From sequence record SRR31156797_4473: a DNA stretch of 51,999 nucleotides; one strand, written 5' to 3'. The notes beneath the pieces are model-generated. The model did no database searches and was not told where the DNA came from. It was given only the letters and a program-made list of their open reading frames with translations. Shown here one piece after another: positions 1 to 9,305 of the stretch; the stretch's first letter is position 1, and each line of letters starts with the position of its first letter. The position numbers and the translations under genes were made by a program.

Positions 1-623
1 ATCTTCAGATAACGAGTTTCAGCAGGAGTCTCTAGACTGGGACCTGGAATACAGACATAGGTTCCGGTACAAACATCGACAACCCCTGCTGCAGCTGCAG
101 CAGCAAGCGCTTTTTTTTGTATAGCAGGGTCGTAAGGACAGGAGAGATCAGGAAACCGTTCTCCCCATGCATCAATATTTGGGCCACGCAGTGGATTCTC
201 AGGGAGCAGATTTATATGGTCAGCCATGACCATAATCGTACCTGGCTTAAATGTGGACTTCAATCCTCCGCTGGCGTTTGTAACCAGAGCCATACGGGCG
301 CCAAGCTGGGAAAGCACACGAATTGGAAAGGTCACCTCTTTGGTTGAATACCCTTCATAGTAATGGAATCGTCCCTGGAGCACTGCAACTTCCCGCCCAG
401 CAAGCCGGCCACAGATTAAATTACCTGCGTGGGTGGCAACAGTGGAGCGTGGGAAATGGGGGAGCTCTTCATAGGGGAAACTGACAACATCTTCCATTTC
501 CAGTGCCAATCCACTCAAACCTGTGCCCAACTGGATAATAATTTCCGGAATTCGCGGCAGCTTGGGACGAAGAAAAGCAACTGTTTCTTCTACCTGTTCC
601 CGATAAAGATCCATATCAATCAT
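1..623 (-). CDS. Purine nucleoside phosphorylase (PNP I/PunA-XapA type), 3' end beyond window
   Basis: Not in the ORF track. My manual translation from ATG 623 gives MIDMDLYREQVEETVAFLRPKLPRIPEIIIQLGTGLSG...HFPRSTVATHAGNL...QGRFHYYEG...VTNASGG...DHINL...NPLRGPN...GERFPDLS...GPSLETPAE, all PNP I motifs. The start overlaps the thrC stop (ATGA). Confidence 0.93.
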   Translation of the reverse strand, partial: MIDMDLYREQVEETVAFLRPKLPRIPEIIIQLGTGLSGLALEMEDVVSFPYEELPHFPRSTVATHAGNLICGRLAGREVAVLQGRFHYYEGYSTKEVTFPIRVLSQLGARMALVTNASGGLKSTFKPGTIMVMADHINLLPENPLRGPNIDAWGERFPDLSCPYDPAIQKKALAAAAAAGVVDVCTGTYVCIPGPSLETPAETRYLK

Positions 624-2011
624 TGGAGTCCATTCTGCTTGATATATGAGCGGACAACCTCCGGATCAGCATCAATTAGCTCACAACGGCTCTCTTTACC
701 GGCTAGTGCAGCAAGCGCTGGCGGCAGTTTCGGTTCTTCGCCAATGGCCTCCCTGACAGCAGCCCCGAATTTTGCAGGGTGAGCAGTGGCAAGGCAGACG
801 ACAGGTCGCTTATTATCTGCACACTCCAGTGCGGCCTTTACGCCTACAGCCGTATGCGGGTCAAGGAGGTACTTTTCCTGATTATGAAAATCCCTGATCG
901 TATCCAACGTCTCTTTCTCGGAAACAGAACGGGAGAGAAAATCCTGGCTCACCTGACTCTTCAACCCACTTAAATCCAGGGTACCCGTATTGGTAAAGTC
1001 GGCCATATCCTGCTTTACCTGATGCCCATCCTCACCTCTTAAATAGTAGAGGTACCGTTCAAAGTTAGATGCTATCTGAATATCCATAGAGGGACTGCTG
1101 GTGGCCACAACACTTCCTTTCGAATAATCCCCCTCTGTAACAAACCGAGTTAAAAGATTATTCTCATTGGTGGCAAGGATAAGTGAATTAATGCACCCAT
1201 TGGGCAGCAACCGCTTAGCCACATAACCAGCAAAAATATCACCGAAGTTCCCAGTGGGGACAGAAAAATCAACACTGGTTTCCCCGCGCTTAAATAATTT
1301 CAAAAAAGCGTAGATGTAGTAGACCACTTGAGCGAGCACCCTCGCCCAGTTAATGGAATTAATGGCTCCAAGATGATAGGCATCTTTAAAGGCAAGGTCA
1401 TTAAAAAGGGATTTTACCATGGCCTGAGCATCATCGAAGGTACCACGAACAGCCATGTTAAAAACATTGGGATCAAGTACGGTGGTCATCTGCAGAGCCT
1501 GAATAGGACTTGTTCGCTCATGGGGATGAAGAATAAAAATATTGATCCCCTTTTTTCCGCGAACACCAGCAATGGCTGCACTGCCTGTATCTCCCGAGGT
1601 GGCACCCAGAATATTCATATGCCCATCGATGCGTCCAAGCTGATATTCAAACAGGTTACCCAGCAGTTGCAGGGCCACATCTTTAAAGGCAAGGGTAGGT
1701 CCATGAAACAGTTCCAGGATATACAAACCGCCACGCTGGGTGACCGGTGTAACCTGCGGGTGCGAAAAAGCAGCATACGAACGATCCACCATCTCTTCCA
1801 ATTCCAGCTTGGGAATGTCGTCAATAAAAAGTGACAAAACCTCAACCGCAAGCTGCTGATAGGTTAGATTCTGCCACTGCGCCAGTTTCTCCTCTGCTAC
1901 TGTGGGTAAAAACTGGGGCAGCAGAAGGCCGCCATCTCTGGCAAGCCCCATCATAACTGCCTCCCGAAACCCAATCGGATCAACCTCGCCTCGTGTACTT
2001 ATATATTGCAT
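620..2011 (-). CDS. thrC: Threonine synthase
   Basis: MQYISTRG start, GLARDGGL, ELFHGPTLAFKD (PLP Lys), ATSGDTG, NSINWAR, VPTGNFG, SPSMDIQIASNFER, ATAHPAKF. Confidence 0.97.
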   Translation of the reverse strand: MQYISTRGEVDPIGFREAVMMGLARDGGLLLPQFLPTVAEEKLAQWQNLTYQQLAVEVLSLFIDDIPKLELEEMVDRSYAAFSHPQVTPVTQRGGLYILELFHGPTLAFKDVALQLLGNLFEYQLGRIDGHMNILGATSGDTGSAAIAGVRGKKGINIFILHPHERTSPIQALQMTTVLDPNVFNMAVRGTFDDAQAMVKSLFNDLAFKDAYHLGAINSINWARVLAQVVYYIYAFLKLFKRGETSVDFSVPTGNFGDIFAGYVAKRLLPNGCINSLILATNENNLLTRFVTEGDYSKGSVVATSSPSMDIQIASNFERYLYYLRGEDGHQVKQDMADFTNTGTLDLSGLKSQVSQDFLSRSVSEKETLDTIRDFHNQEKYLLDPHTAVGVKAALECADNKRPVVCLATAHPAKFGAAVREAIGEEPKLPPALAALAGKESRCELIDADPEVVRSYIKQNGLQ

Positions 2012-2144
2012 TTTACTGTCCTGTATCGATACGCCCTGTAAAGGACTGCTTATTCAAAGCTATTTACCTGCAAATAGTCCCAAAATATATCTGCATCCCT
2101 TTGCGATACCAAATCGTATAAAAGGTATCACCAGTCAACGCTCC

Positions 2145-2537
2145 TTACTCCGACTCTGCCAGCAGTAGATCGACATCAACCCGCACGGCATCATGCCACA
2201 GTCCTTCCAGATCATAAAATTGCCTGCTTTCCTGATAAAAAATGTGCGCAACCATATCACCAAAATCAAGCAGCACCCACTGCCCCTCTCGCAAGCCTTC
2301 ACTGTGCTTGGTGCTCACCCTCTTTGAACGAAGTTCACGTTCTATAGCTTCTGCCAACCCCTGAACATGGCGGGTTGACCGACCACTCATGATCACAAAA
2401 TAATCAGTGAATGACGATATTCCACGAACATCAAGAACCGTTATATCCTCTGCCTTAGCATCTGATGCAATACGGGCGGCGGTTGCAGCCAAGTCTTCTC
2501 CACCCTTGTCCTGATATCCCTTTCTTAACTCTCTCAT
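2145..2537 (-). CDS. rsfS: Ribosome silencing factor (Iojap/RsfS)
   Basis: KAEDITVLDV, TDYFVIMSG, WVLLDFGD, RQFYDLEGLW. Confidence 0.95.
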   Translation of the reverse strand: MRELRKGYQDKGGEDLAATAARIASDAKAEDITVLDVRGISSFTDYFVIMSGRSTRHVQGLAEAIERELRSKRVSTKHSEGLREGQWVLLDFGDMVAHIFYQESRQFYDLEGLWHDAVRVDVDLLLAESE

Positions 2538-2710
2538 TTTTTCCTCATGGAACCGGAATTTTTTCCAGCTCTTATATTCGATATTTTCAATATGTTATGT
2601 TAGTCATTCCTGGCGCGTTTGTACGGCATCAGGACTGTCTGTTTCAATGCTGGACGATGACACCATTACGTGTAATGTATTCATGCACATCCATGTCTGC
2701 AAATTGTTAT

Positions 2711-5185
2711 CTATTCAGTTTTTCCTGTTTCAGAACTGCCCTTACGGGCGCGCTTTTTTCTTGGCGGAAATTCAAAACTAATTTTCCCCTTGCCATCAAG
2801 CAGGAGAAAAGCATCAAATGGTCGTTTCTTTTTAGATATAAACCCGGTGATGAGTTCTGTCTTGCCGTCAGTGAGTAGTTGTTTAATATGATCGGCATCC
2901 AGTCTACGCCCAAGAATCATCTTGGAAATACGCAACCCTTTCTTTTTATCACCCTCCAAAGCAGACTCCGACAAAAAACCTACAGGAGTTTCAAACACCC
3001 TGGTTTGATCAACCGGTGAGATTCCTAGAGGCTCTTGCGCTGTAATTTCTGCCAGGTCAAGATCTTCTGTTGAGTCTGCAAAGAGGAACTCCACTTTAGA
3101 ATTGGCGATCCGCACTGCGGCTGCAAAAGGTTTGCCTTTTTTAGATCTGAAATCGTCAAAGGGGCCAATGGTTTTCCCCTGTATAAGATCAACAATATCC
3201 CTTTCCGTCATTACCCGACCACCAAGTACCTTACGAATAACAAGCTTCTTATCTTCCGCTTCAAAGGCTGTAGCATTTTCAAAAAACCGGCGTCCGTCGA
3301 CAGGGGAAAAAGGTGCTTCACGGATATTGCTTTCTTCTCCTGATTTCACTTTTTCCACTATGGAACTGGTTATATCGCGAATTTCCTGCATAAACTGTTC
3401 GCGCGTCATGCTGCCTTTGAGGATTCGGTTGAGTTTGTACTCCCACTCACCGGTAAGTTCAGGTGAAGCTAGCACGTCAATATTACGGGCTTCAAGCAGG
3501 GAAAGGAGTTCAACCGCCTTTCCGGTGGGTACAAGTTCACGCAGCTCACGAACAATATATTTTTCGTTGAGCAACTTTTCAATGATCGCAGCTCTGGTTG
3601 CCGGCGTCCCCAGTCCCCTTTCTTTCATGGCCTCGGCAAGTTCTTCGTCATCAACCAGTTTACCTGAATTTTCCATGGCTGATAGCAACGTAGCCTCTGA
3701 AAAACGGGGTGGAGGCTTGGTTTGTTTCTCCTCTGCAACCACCTCCTGACACTGTACCGCTTCAACGTCAGGAATAGGCTGCAACTCGTTACCCTCGCCG
3801 CCTCTGCTGTCTGCTCCGTAAATGGCCCGCCAACCAGGTTCAACCAAAATTTTCCCTTCTGTAAGAAAGGTCTCCCCCTCGACAACGGAAAGTCTTCTGG
3901 TGTTATGATACACTGCAGGTGGAAAGAAGGCCGCCAGGAAACGCTGCACAATCATCTGGTAAACTTTCAACTCAGGTTCAGTTAAAGTTTTAGCTAACCC
4001 GGCAGTAGGGATAATAGCAAAGTGATCGCTGATTTTCTTATCATTAAAAATCCGCTTATTCTTTTTCAGGTATTTTTTATCAATAGCCTCAGTGGCAAAT
4101 TTCCCAAATTGCCACTGTTGCTGTGCAGCCACAACCTTTTTGACGGTCGGCAGGTAATCCTCTGGAAGGCAACGGCTGTCCGTTCGAGGATAGGTAATCA
4201 GTTTATGTTTTTCATACAGGGCCTGGGCTAAGCCAAGCGTATTTTTTGCACTGAAACCAAACCGACTATTTGCCTCTCTTTGCAGCAAGGTTAGATCGTA
4301 TAGAGGAGGAGCACCTTTGGTTGACTGCTTGCTTGTTTCCTCAATGGCAGCTGGTTTACCTTTACAAAGAGCGACAATATCTTCGCCCTTTTGTGCATCC
4401 CAGATACGGCTCTGCCGTCCATGGGGTTGACTCTCATCTTTTTTAAACGAGGGATCTATCCATATTCCCTCATATTTAACATCTTCACAGACAAAATTAC
4501 CGCGCAACTCCCAGTAGGTGGTGGGAGTAAAGGCTCGCCGTTCGGCTTCCCGCTTCACCAGCAAGGATAAAGTTGGCGTCTGCACCCTGCCACAAGGCGT
4601 TTTCCGGAACCCGCCAAACCTGGAGTTATAACAAGTTAAGGCTCTGGTAGCGTTTATACCTATAAGCCAGTCCGCCTCTGAACGACATAGCGCAGTATCC
4701 TCAAGGGGAAGCATTTCGTCATTGCTACGCAAATGTGCGATCCCGTCACGAATGGCATCCATAGTCATGGAACGCAGCCACAGCCGACGGATCTGTTTAG
4801 CTTTGACAGAATTAGTCCATGATTGCTTGAGGATATACTTAAAAATCAGTTCCCCCTCCCGCCCAGCATCACACCCATTGACGATAACCGAGACATCACG
4901 CCTTCTGATCAGTTTACTCAGTGCATTATACTGCGATTTGGTCCCGGGCAAAACCTTCAGTGGAAAATCTTGGGGTAGGATGGGAAGGTTATCCAAGGTC
5001 CACTTCTGGAAATCGGGGCTGATTTCTTCGGGGTAGGCTATGGACACCAGATGACCAATGGCATAAGAAACAATATAGTCATCGCTTTCGAAATGCGTTT
5101 TTGACTTGGTAAACTTACCGGGTAGTGCCTTGACGATATCGACGGCAACACTCGGTTTTTCAGCAATAATTAGGGTTTTGTCCAT
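2711..5185 (-). CDS. topB: DNA topoisomerase III (type IA) with C-terminal repeats
   Basis: IAEKPSVA, CDAGREGELIF, GRVQTPTL, ITYPRTDS (catalytic Tyr), GLGTPATRA, two C-terminal repeats ending F(R/I)SKK(G/K)(K/R)PF. Confidence 0.93.
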   Translation of the reverse strand: MDKTLIIAEKPSVAVDIVKALPGKFTKSKTHFESDDYIVSYAIGHLVSIAYPEEISPDFQKWTLDNLPILPQDFPLKVLPGTKSQYNALSKLIRRRDVSVIVNGCDAGREGELIFKYILKQSWTNSVKAKQIRRLWLRSMTMDAIRDGIAHLRSNDEMLPLEDTALCRSEADWLIGINATRALTCYNSRFGGFRKTPCGRVQTPTLSLLVKREAERRAFTPTTYWELRGNFVCEDVKYEGIWIDPSFKKDESQPHGRQSRIWDAQKGEDIVALCKGKPAAIEETSKQSTKGAPPLYDLTLLQREANSRFGFSAKNTLGLAQALYEKHKLITYPRTDSRCLPEDYLPTVKKVVAAQQQWQFGKFATEAIDKKYLKKNKRIFNDKKISDHFAIIPTAGLAKTLTEPELKVYQMIVQRFLAAFFPPAVYHNTRRLSVVEGETFLTEGKILVEPGWRAIYGADSRGGEGNELQPIPDVEAVQCQEVVAEEKQTKPPPRFSEATLLSAMENSGKLVDDEELAEAMKERGLGTPATRAAIIEKLLNEKYIVRELRELVPTGKAVELLSLLEARNIDVLASPELTGEWEYKLNRILKGSMTREQFMQEIRDITSSIVEKVKSGEESNIREAPFSPVDGRRFFENATAFEAEDKKLVIRKVLGGRVMTERDIVDLIQGKTIGPFDDFRSKKGKPFAAAVRIANSKVEFLFADSTEDLDLAEITAQEPLGISPVDQTRVFETPVGFLSESALEGDKKKGLRISKMILGRRLDADHIKQLLTDGKTELITGFISKKKRPFDAFLLLDGKGKISFEFPPRKKRARKGSSETGKTE

Positions 5186-5213
5186 TGGTCAACTCGAGGC
5201 TGATAGGGGTAAC

Positions 5214-5807
5214 TTATTTATTTATTAGAAATTTTCTCAGTGCATCGTGCCACTGGTCAGGGTGCTCAAGATAACAGGGGTGAGGGGCACCATCTACAAT
5301 CACTCGCTGGGAATCATCGATTTCTTCAATCAGTATATCGCTCATCGCTAGAGGAGAAACTGCATCCTCACTCCCCCAGACGACAAGAGTCGGCACCTGA
5401 ATCCGAGCAAGCCTGGATCTATTTTCCTCAACACCCACAGCACCTACGACAACCAACGCCGCGAGGTTCTCTCCATGGGTAACGGCGTACTCGATAGATG
5501 TTTTACCGCCCATTGAAGGACCGACAAGGATGATGTCTGACAGGGCCATCACCTGGAAAAAGGCATGCAGGATTTCCACAGGTACCTTTTCACACTCTGG
5601 GCTCTTCCCGAACCCTGGCATGTCAACAGCCACAACCTTAAATCCCTGGGCTGCAAGAAAATCCATGGTGCCGAGTTCCTGCCAGGTCTGTGCGTTAAAC
5701 TTCATACCATGCAAGAGCACAATAACTTTTTCTCCAACTTCGCCTGCCTCAAGATAATGTATGGTGCAGCCATCAATCTTAACAGTATTACTGATAATAT
5801 GAGACAT
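5214..5807 (-). CDS. Alpha/beta hydrolase (ABHD14B-like)
   Basis: LLHGMKF, DMPGFGKS, nucleophile GPSMGG, WGSED, GAPHPCYL. Start moved to ATG 5807 because GGAGGA lies at 5815-5820. Confidence 0.88.
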   Translation of the reverse strand: MSHIISNTVKIDGCTIHYLEAGEVGEKVIVLLHGMKFNAQTWQELGTMDFLAAQGFKVVAVDMPGFGKSPECEKVPVEILHAFFQVMALSDIILVGPSMGGKTSIEYAVTHGENLAALVVVGAVGVEENRSRLARIQVPTLVVWGSEDAVSPLAMSDILIEEIDDSQRVIVDGAPHPCYLEHPDQWHDALRKFLINK

Positions 5808-6133
5808 TAGAAAATCCTCCGCAAGATACGAATAGGTGGGTTCAACCAAGTTTCGTTAACGACTGCCAAAGAAGTAAGCGACATCTGTCCCTTTGTCAAT
5901 GTTCAAGGGTCAATCAACAACATTGATAAACTAATAAAAGTCGATCCAAGTCTAAATGTTGGTTACGTTAAAATACAAAAGTATACAAGTAGAAGAAACC
6001 ACAAGGAGAGAGCTTTTTATAGACTCAAGGCATACTGTAGGGAGGCCGACCCCATAGAAGAGTACGCATGGCACGGTAAAACAAAATCCAGCTGAACTAT
6101 TCAGTATTTTGGCAATCAATATGAACTACTATC

Positions 6134-6167
6134 GGAGTCTACGCTTACCTGGAGTCTACGCTTACCT
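6134..6167. repeat. Perfect 17-bp tandem duplication GGAGTCTACGCTTACCT x2
   Basis: Read directly at 6134-6150 and 6151-6167. Confidence 0.95.
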
Positions 6168-6231
6168 TTCATGGTCAAGATCTTTAAACCTGACGTTGTC
6201 TAGACTAATAAAACTCCAGGTTGGTGCATAT

Positions 6232-6262
6232 AAAAAAAGGAGCGACCATCGGCCGCTCCTTT
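6232..6262 (-). terminator. Rho-independent terminator of the coiled-coil gene
   Basis: Minus strand AAAGGAGCG-gccgatggt-CGCTCCTTT continuing into a T7 run, just after the stop at 6285. Confidence 0.8.
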
Positions 6263-6284
6263 GAAAAATCAAAAAAACTGATAA

Positions 6285-7205
6285 TTAATCTTGAAGGGGT
6301 GTCTGCTGCAATTGATCTTGTAAGTCAGCAAGCTGTTCGTTTTTATCAGTTAAATCTTGTACCAGTTCAGTATTTTCCTGCTCCAGTTCCTGCAAGGCGT
6401 CCTGTTGATCAGAAATTTTGCCGAGCAAAACATCCATGTTAATTTTTACTCGATCCAATTCGCGACTGGTTTCTTCCAAGGCAGCGTTTTTCTCTTCAAC
6501 AATTTTCTCAAGACCAACGATCTGGGCCAAGGACATTTCCATATCCATGACAAGCTTAGCTACCTGCTCTTTTTCTTCTTCAGCAGCTACAGTTTTCTGC
6601 TCTTTGTCGGCAGCAATTGCCTCTTGCGCCGCAGTGATTTCGGCTTGCAGCTTTACTATATCAGACTGCAATTTTTCTTTTTCCTGAACGGTTTTTTCAT
6701 TACCCGCAACGAGTGCTGTTATTTTTTTATCAGCAGCCGCATTCTTTTCCTCAAGCTTTGCCATTTTCTGACGCAAGGTCTTTGCTTCCTCAACAGTTGC
6801 CGCATCCTGCTTCTTGTTTGACCCTACTGCATTCTCCAGGTTTTTGATTACTGCAGCCTGCTGAGCGATCTTTGCTTCAAGCCGTTTATTAGCTTTACGG
6901 ACATGTACCAATTCTTTTCTCGCTTTTTTAAGCTTTACTACCTGTTTACTGTCTGCCTGCTTCTGCCCTTGCAATGCTGCAACCTGCGCTTCCAGTTCTT
7001 TAACACGTGGATCCTCGACTGTAACTTTTGTAGGCTCAGCCGGAACTGCTTGCTTTTCAGCTTTTAAAGCATCCAGTTCTGCAGTGGCGGCCGTCAATTC
7101 AAGTTGTAATGATTTGGCTGATCGATTGCCTACTGATCCCCAGATAGAGCAAAGTACCAGCAATACGATTAACCCTCCAATGATCAAATTCCTGTTCTTC
7201 TCCAT
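6285..7205 (-). CDS. Hypothetical membrane-anchored coiled-coil protein
   Basis: N-terminal hydrophobic segment (LIIGGLIVLLVLCSIWG) followed by ~270 aa of K/E/Q/A/L-rich helical sequence. AGGAG at 7216-7220 favours ATG 7205 over 7214. Confidence 0.8.
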   Translation of the reverse strand: MEKNRNLIIGGLIVLLVLCSIWGSVGNRSAKSLQLELTAATAELDALKAEKQAVPAEPTKVTVEDPRVKELEAQVAALQGQKQADSKQVVKLKKARKELVHVRKANKRLEAKIAQQAAVIKNLENAVGSNKKQDAATVEEAKTLRQKMAKLEEKNAAADKKITALVAGNEKTVQEKEKLQSDIVKLQAEITAAQEAIAADKEQKTVAAEEEKEQVAKLVMDMEMSLAQIVGLEKIVEEKNAALEETSRELDRVKINMDVLLGKISDQQDALQELEQENTELVQDLTDKNEQLADLQDQLQQTPLQD

Positions 7206-7297
7206 AATGCACATACTCCTATAAATAGTTACGGTCTATGGTGTTGAGTATATCAAGCTACTCAATTATAACTTTTCCTTTGTTGCAACGACAGTGC

Positions 7298-9001
7298 CTA
7301 AGGGCCAGTACTGTCCCCTACAGTTACGGGTGTCGACAACAGAGTAGGATCTATACGGTTGATCTCTTCCTCTATCCTTGCCAGGTTTCGATTTACCTTA
7401 TCACTGAGGCCGGACTGTGGATATTTAATTAATATATCCTGTAATAATGTTCTTGAGGCAAAAAGCAGCTTTATCCTGCTTTCAAGGTCAGCTGTCCGGT
7501 TGGCACGCATAAAAATCTCTGCGGCCCGCTGGCGGCCCTCCCCTGCAGCAAGCTTTGCAGCCTCATCTATACGTTCGCGGGCTTTATCCGCGTAAGACGA
7601 TGCGCTCAAGCTGGTGAAAATCTCAATGGCTTGGTCATACTCTCGCGCCTCAAGCAGAAGCATGCCTTGATTCCATACTTCTTGGAGTTCCTGCTCCTGA
7701 ACAAGCCGAGTTGTCTCAATGGAAATGGATTCCGCTGTCAGAAGCTGCTCACTTTTTCGACGCAGCATTTCCTGTTTATCAACGGGAAGAATGTCCCGCG
7801 GTACACGCTCTACAAGTAAAAGTGCTTCCTGGAATTTTTTCTCTTCAACCAATCTATCTATTCTGGCGAGGACGGACTGCAACCAGGCATCCGCTTCGTT
7901 TTTTGCTTTTTCCAGAACTAAATCAGCATTAGACGCAACTGGTGAATAAGGATATTTAGCAATATACTTCTGCGCCTGTTCAACTACTCCATATCCATCA
8001 CGATCAGGATTATACCCCAAATAAGACTTGAGCAGCTCTGCATACGACCTCACTTCATCACTCTGGTACACATTCCGATCAAGAGCTGACAGTTGCTGCA
8101 GCGCCCACTCATTCTTACTGGACAAACCTTCATAAACAGCAGCAAGTTCTTTGTATCTGTCTTTTGCACTATCAAAAATTTCAAGCCCGAATTCAAGGTC
8201 GCCAATAAGCTGCATCAAACGAAATTCCCACTGTGCCTGATCTTGTCTGCGGATGACGCTCAACAAGTCAGTAAAAGCCTTTCTCGCCTCTGGCTCACGG
8301 TGGGTTTTCAGTAATGCCTGACCATATAAAAAAGTTGTGCCAAAGGACGGTGCCTGACCATCTTCAAGGGGAAGTTGTTCATAATGACTAATAACCTTTG
8401 CATAGTCATCAACAGCCGCGGCTGCTTTCAACAACTGTTCCTCTGCGTGCAAAGTCCTGGCCTGAACAGGCAGTTGTTGCTGGGAAGCGAAAGGAACCGC
8501 CATCAGGTTCTGGCAGCTGCTTTCCAGATAATTAATATCCCTCTCACTGATCTGCAGCAGTGAATCGGCTGCCAGTACCTGCGCTGCCTGCAAATCAGTC
8601 TTTTGCAGTAACCGCTGGTTCAGGGCGTTGTACTCGACCAGCACATTCTGCAACTGTACCCGACAGTCACTCATCGCATTTAAAGTGTCTTGAGATGGAG
8701 GGCTGGAAGCAGCCTTTTCCTGGAGTACTCTTAATGCCTCCAGCTTTTGTTCGTAGGCATAGATACGATCATTTATAAGGGTAAGAGTCGGCATCAACAT
8801 GTCTTTAACAGGCAGAACAGGTGGCTCCTGCATCTCCAGAGGTACAGATTTTTCATTGCGCCCCTCCAGCCCTTGACGCATACGAATGTCCTCTTGCTGC
8901 TCCCGCCCAGAATAAGGGTCTACTACCTGTTTCTGTGCCACACAACCGCTCAACATCAGCAATAGACACCAAGTGATTTTATTAGGCCATTTGCATCGCA
9001 T
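7298..9001 (-). CDS. Predicted lipoprotein with TPR-like helical repeats
   Basis: Lipobox LMLSG/C, coiled-coil segment, TPR-like motifs (FLYGQALLK...EARKAF; WNQGMLLLEAREYDQAIEIF; ILIKYPQS). Confidence 0.8.
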   Translation of the reverse strand: MRCKWPNKITWCLLLMLSGCVAQKQVVDPYSGREQQEDIRMRQGLEGRNEKSVPLEMQEPPVLPVKDMLMPTLTLINDRIYAYEQKLEALRVLQEKAASSPPSQDTLNAMSDCRVQLQNVLVEYNALNQRLLQKTDLQAAQVLAADSLLQISERDINYLESSCQNLMAVPFASQQQLPVQARTLHAEEQLLKAAAAVDDYAKVISHYEQLPLEDGQAPSFGTTFLYGQALLKTHREPEARKAFTDLLSVIRRQDQAQWEFRLMQLIGDLEFGLEIFDSAKDRYKELAAVYEGLSSKNEWALQQLSALDRNVYQSDEVRSYAELLKSYLGYNPDRDGYGVVEQAQKYIAKYPYSPVASNADLVLEKAKNEADAWLQSVLARIDRLVEEKKFQEALLLVERVPRDILPVDKQEMLRRKSEQLLTAESISIETTRLVQEQELQEVWNQGMLLLEAREYDQAIEIFTSLSASSYADKARERIDEAAKLAAGEGRQRAAEIFMRANRTADLESRIKLLFASRTLLQDILIKYPQSGLSDKVNRNLARIEEEINRIDPTLLSTPVTVGDSTGP

Positions 9002-9305
9002 GCCGGATTAGTTTCCTATCATTGCCTTATTATCGGGTGAATTCCCTGTACATCGTGAACCCAATTATTGATTGTCCTAAAACCAAATTACCCACCTGCC
9101 TAACACTCCTTTTAAAGCTAATACATTATAAGCGTAAACGATCAGTTAGGGGATCGGAGGTGAAATCTCTGGAAAGATATCAAATAAAACTGTGACGGAC
9201 AATCGCTTTCTGCAGAAAGGTTGAAAATCCTCCCTATGCACCAGGGATAGACGGCAACCATTTCGCGCTGCTGGAGAAGCGCCCCCCTGAACGAATGAAC
9301 ATAAT

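Noticed and set aside
3102..3749. 215-aa plus-strand ORF
   Set aside because: Antisense shadow of topB; Ser-rich with no recognisable motifs.
6134..6167. Tandem repeat as a possible CRISPR array
   Set aside because: Only two adjacent 17-bp copies, with no spacer and no cas genes.
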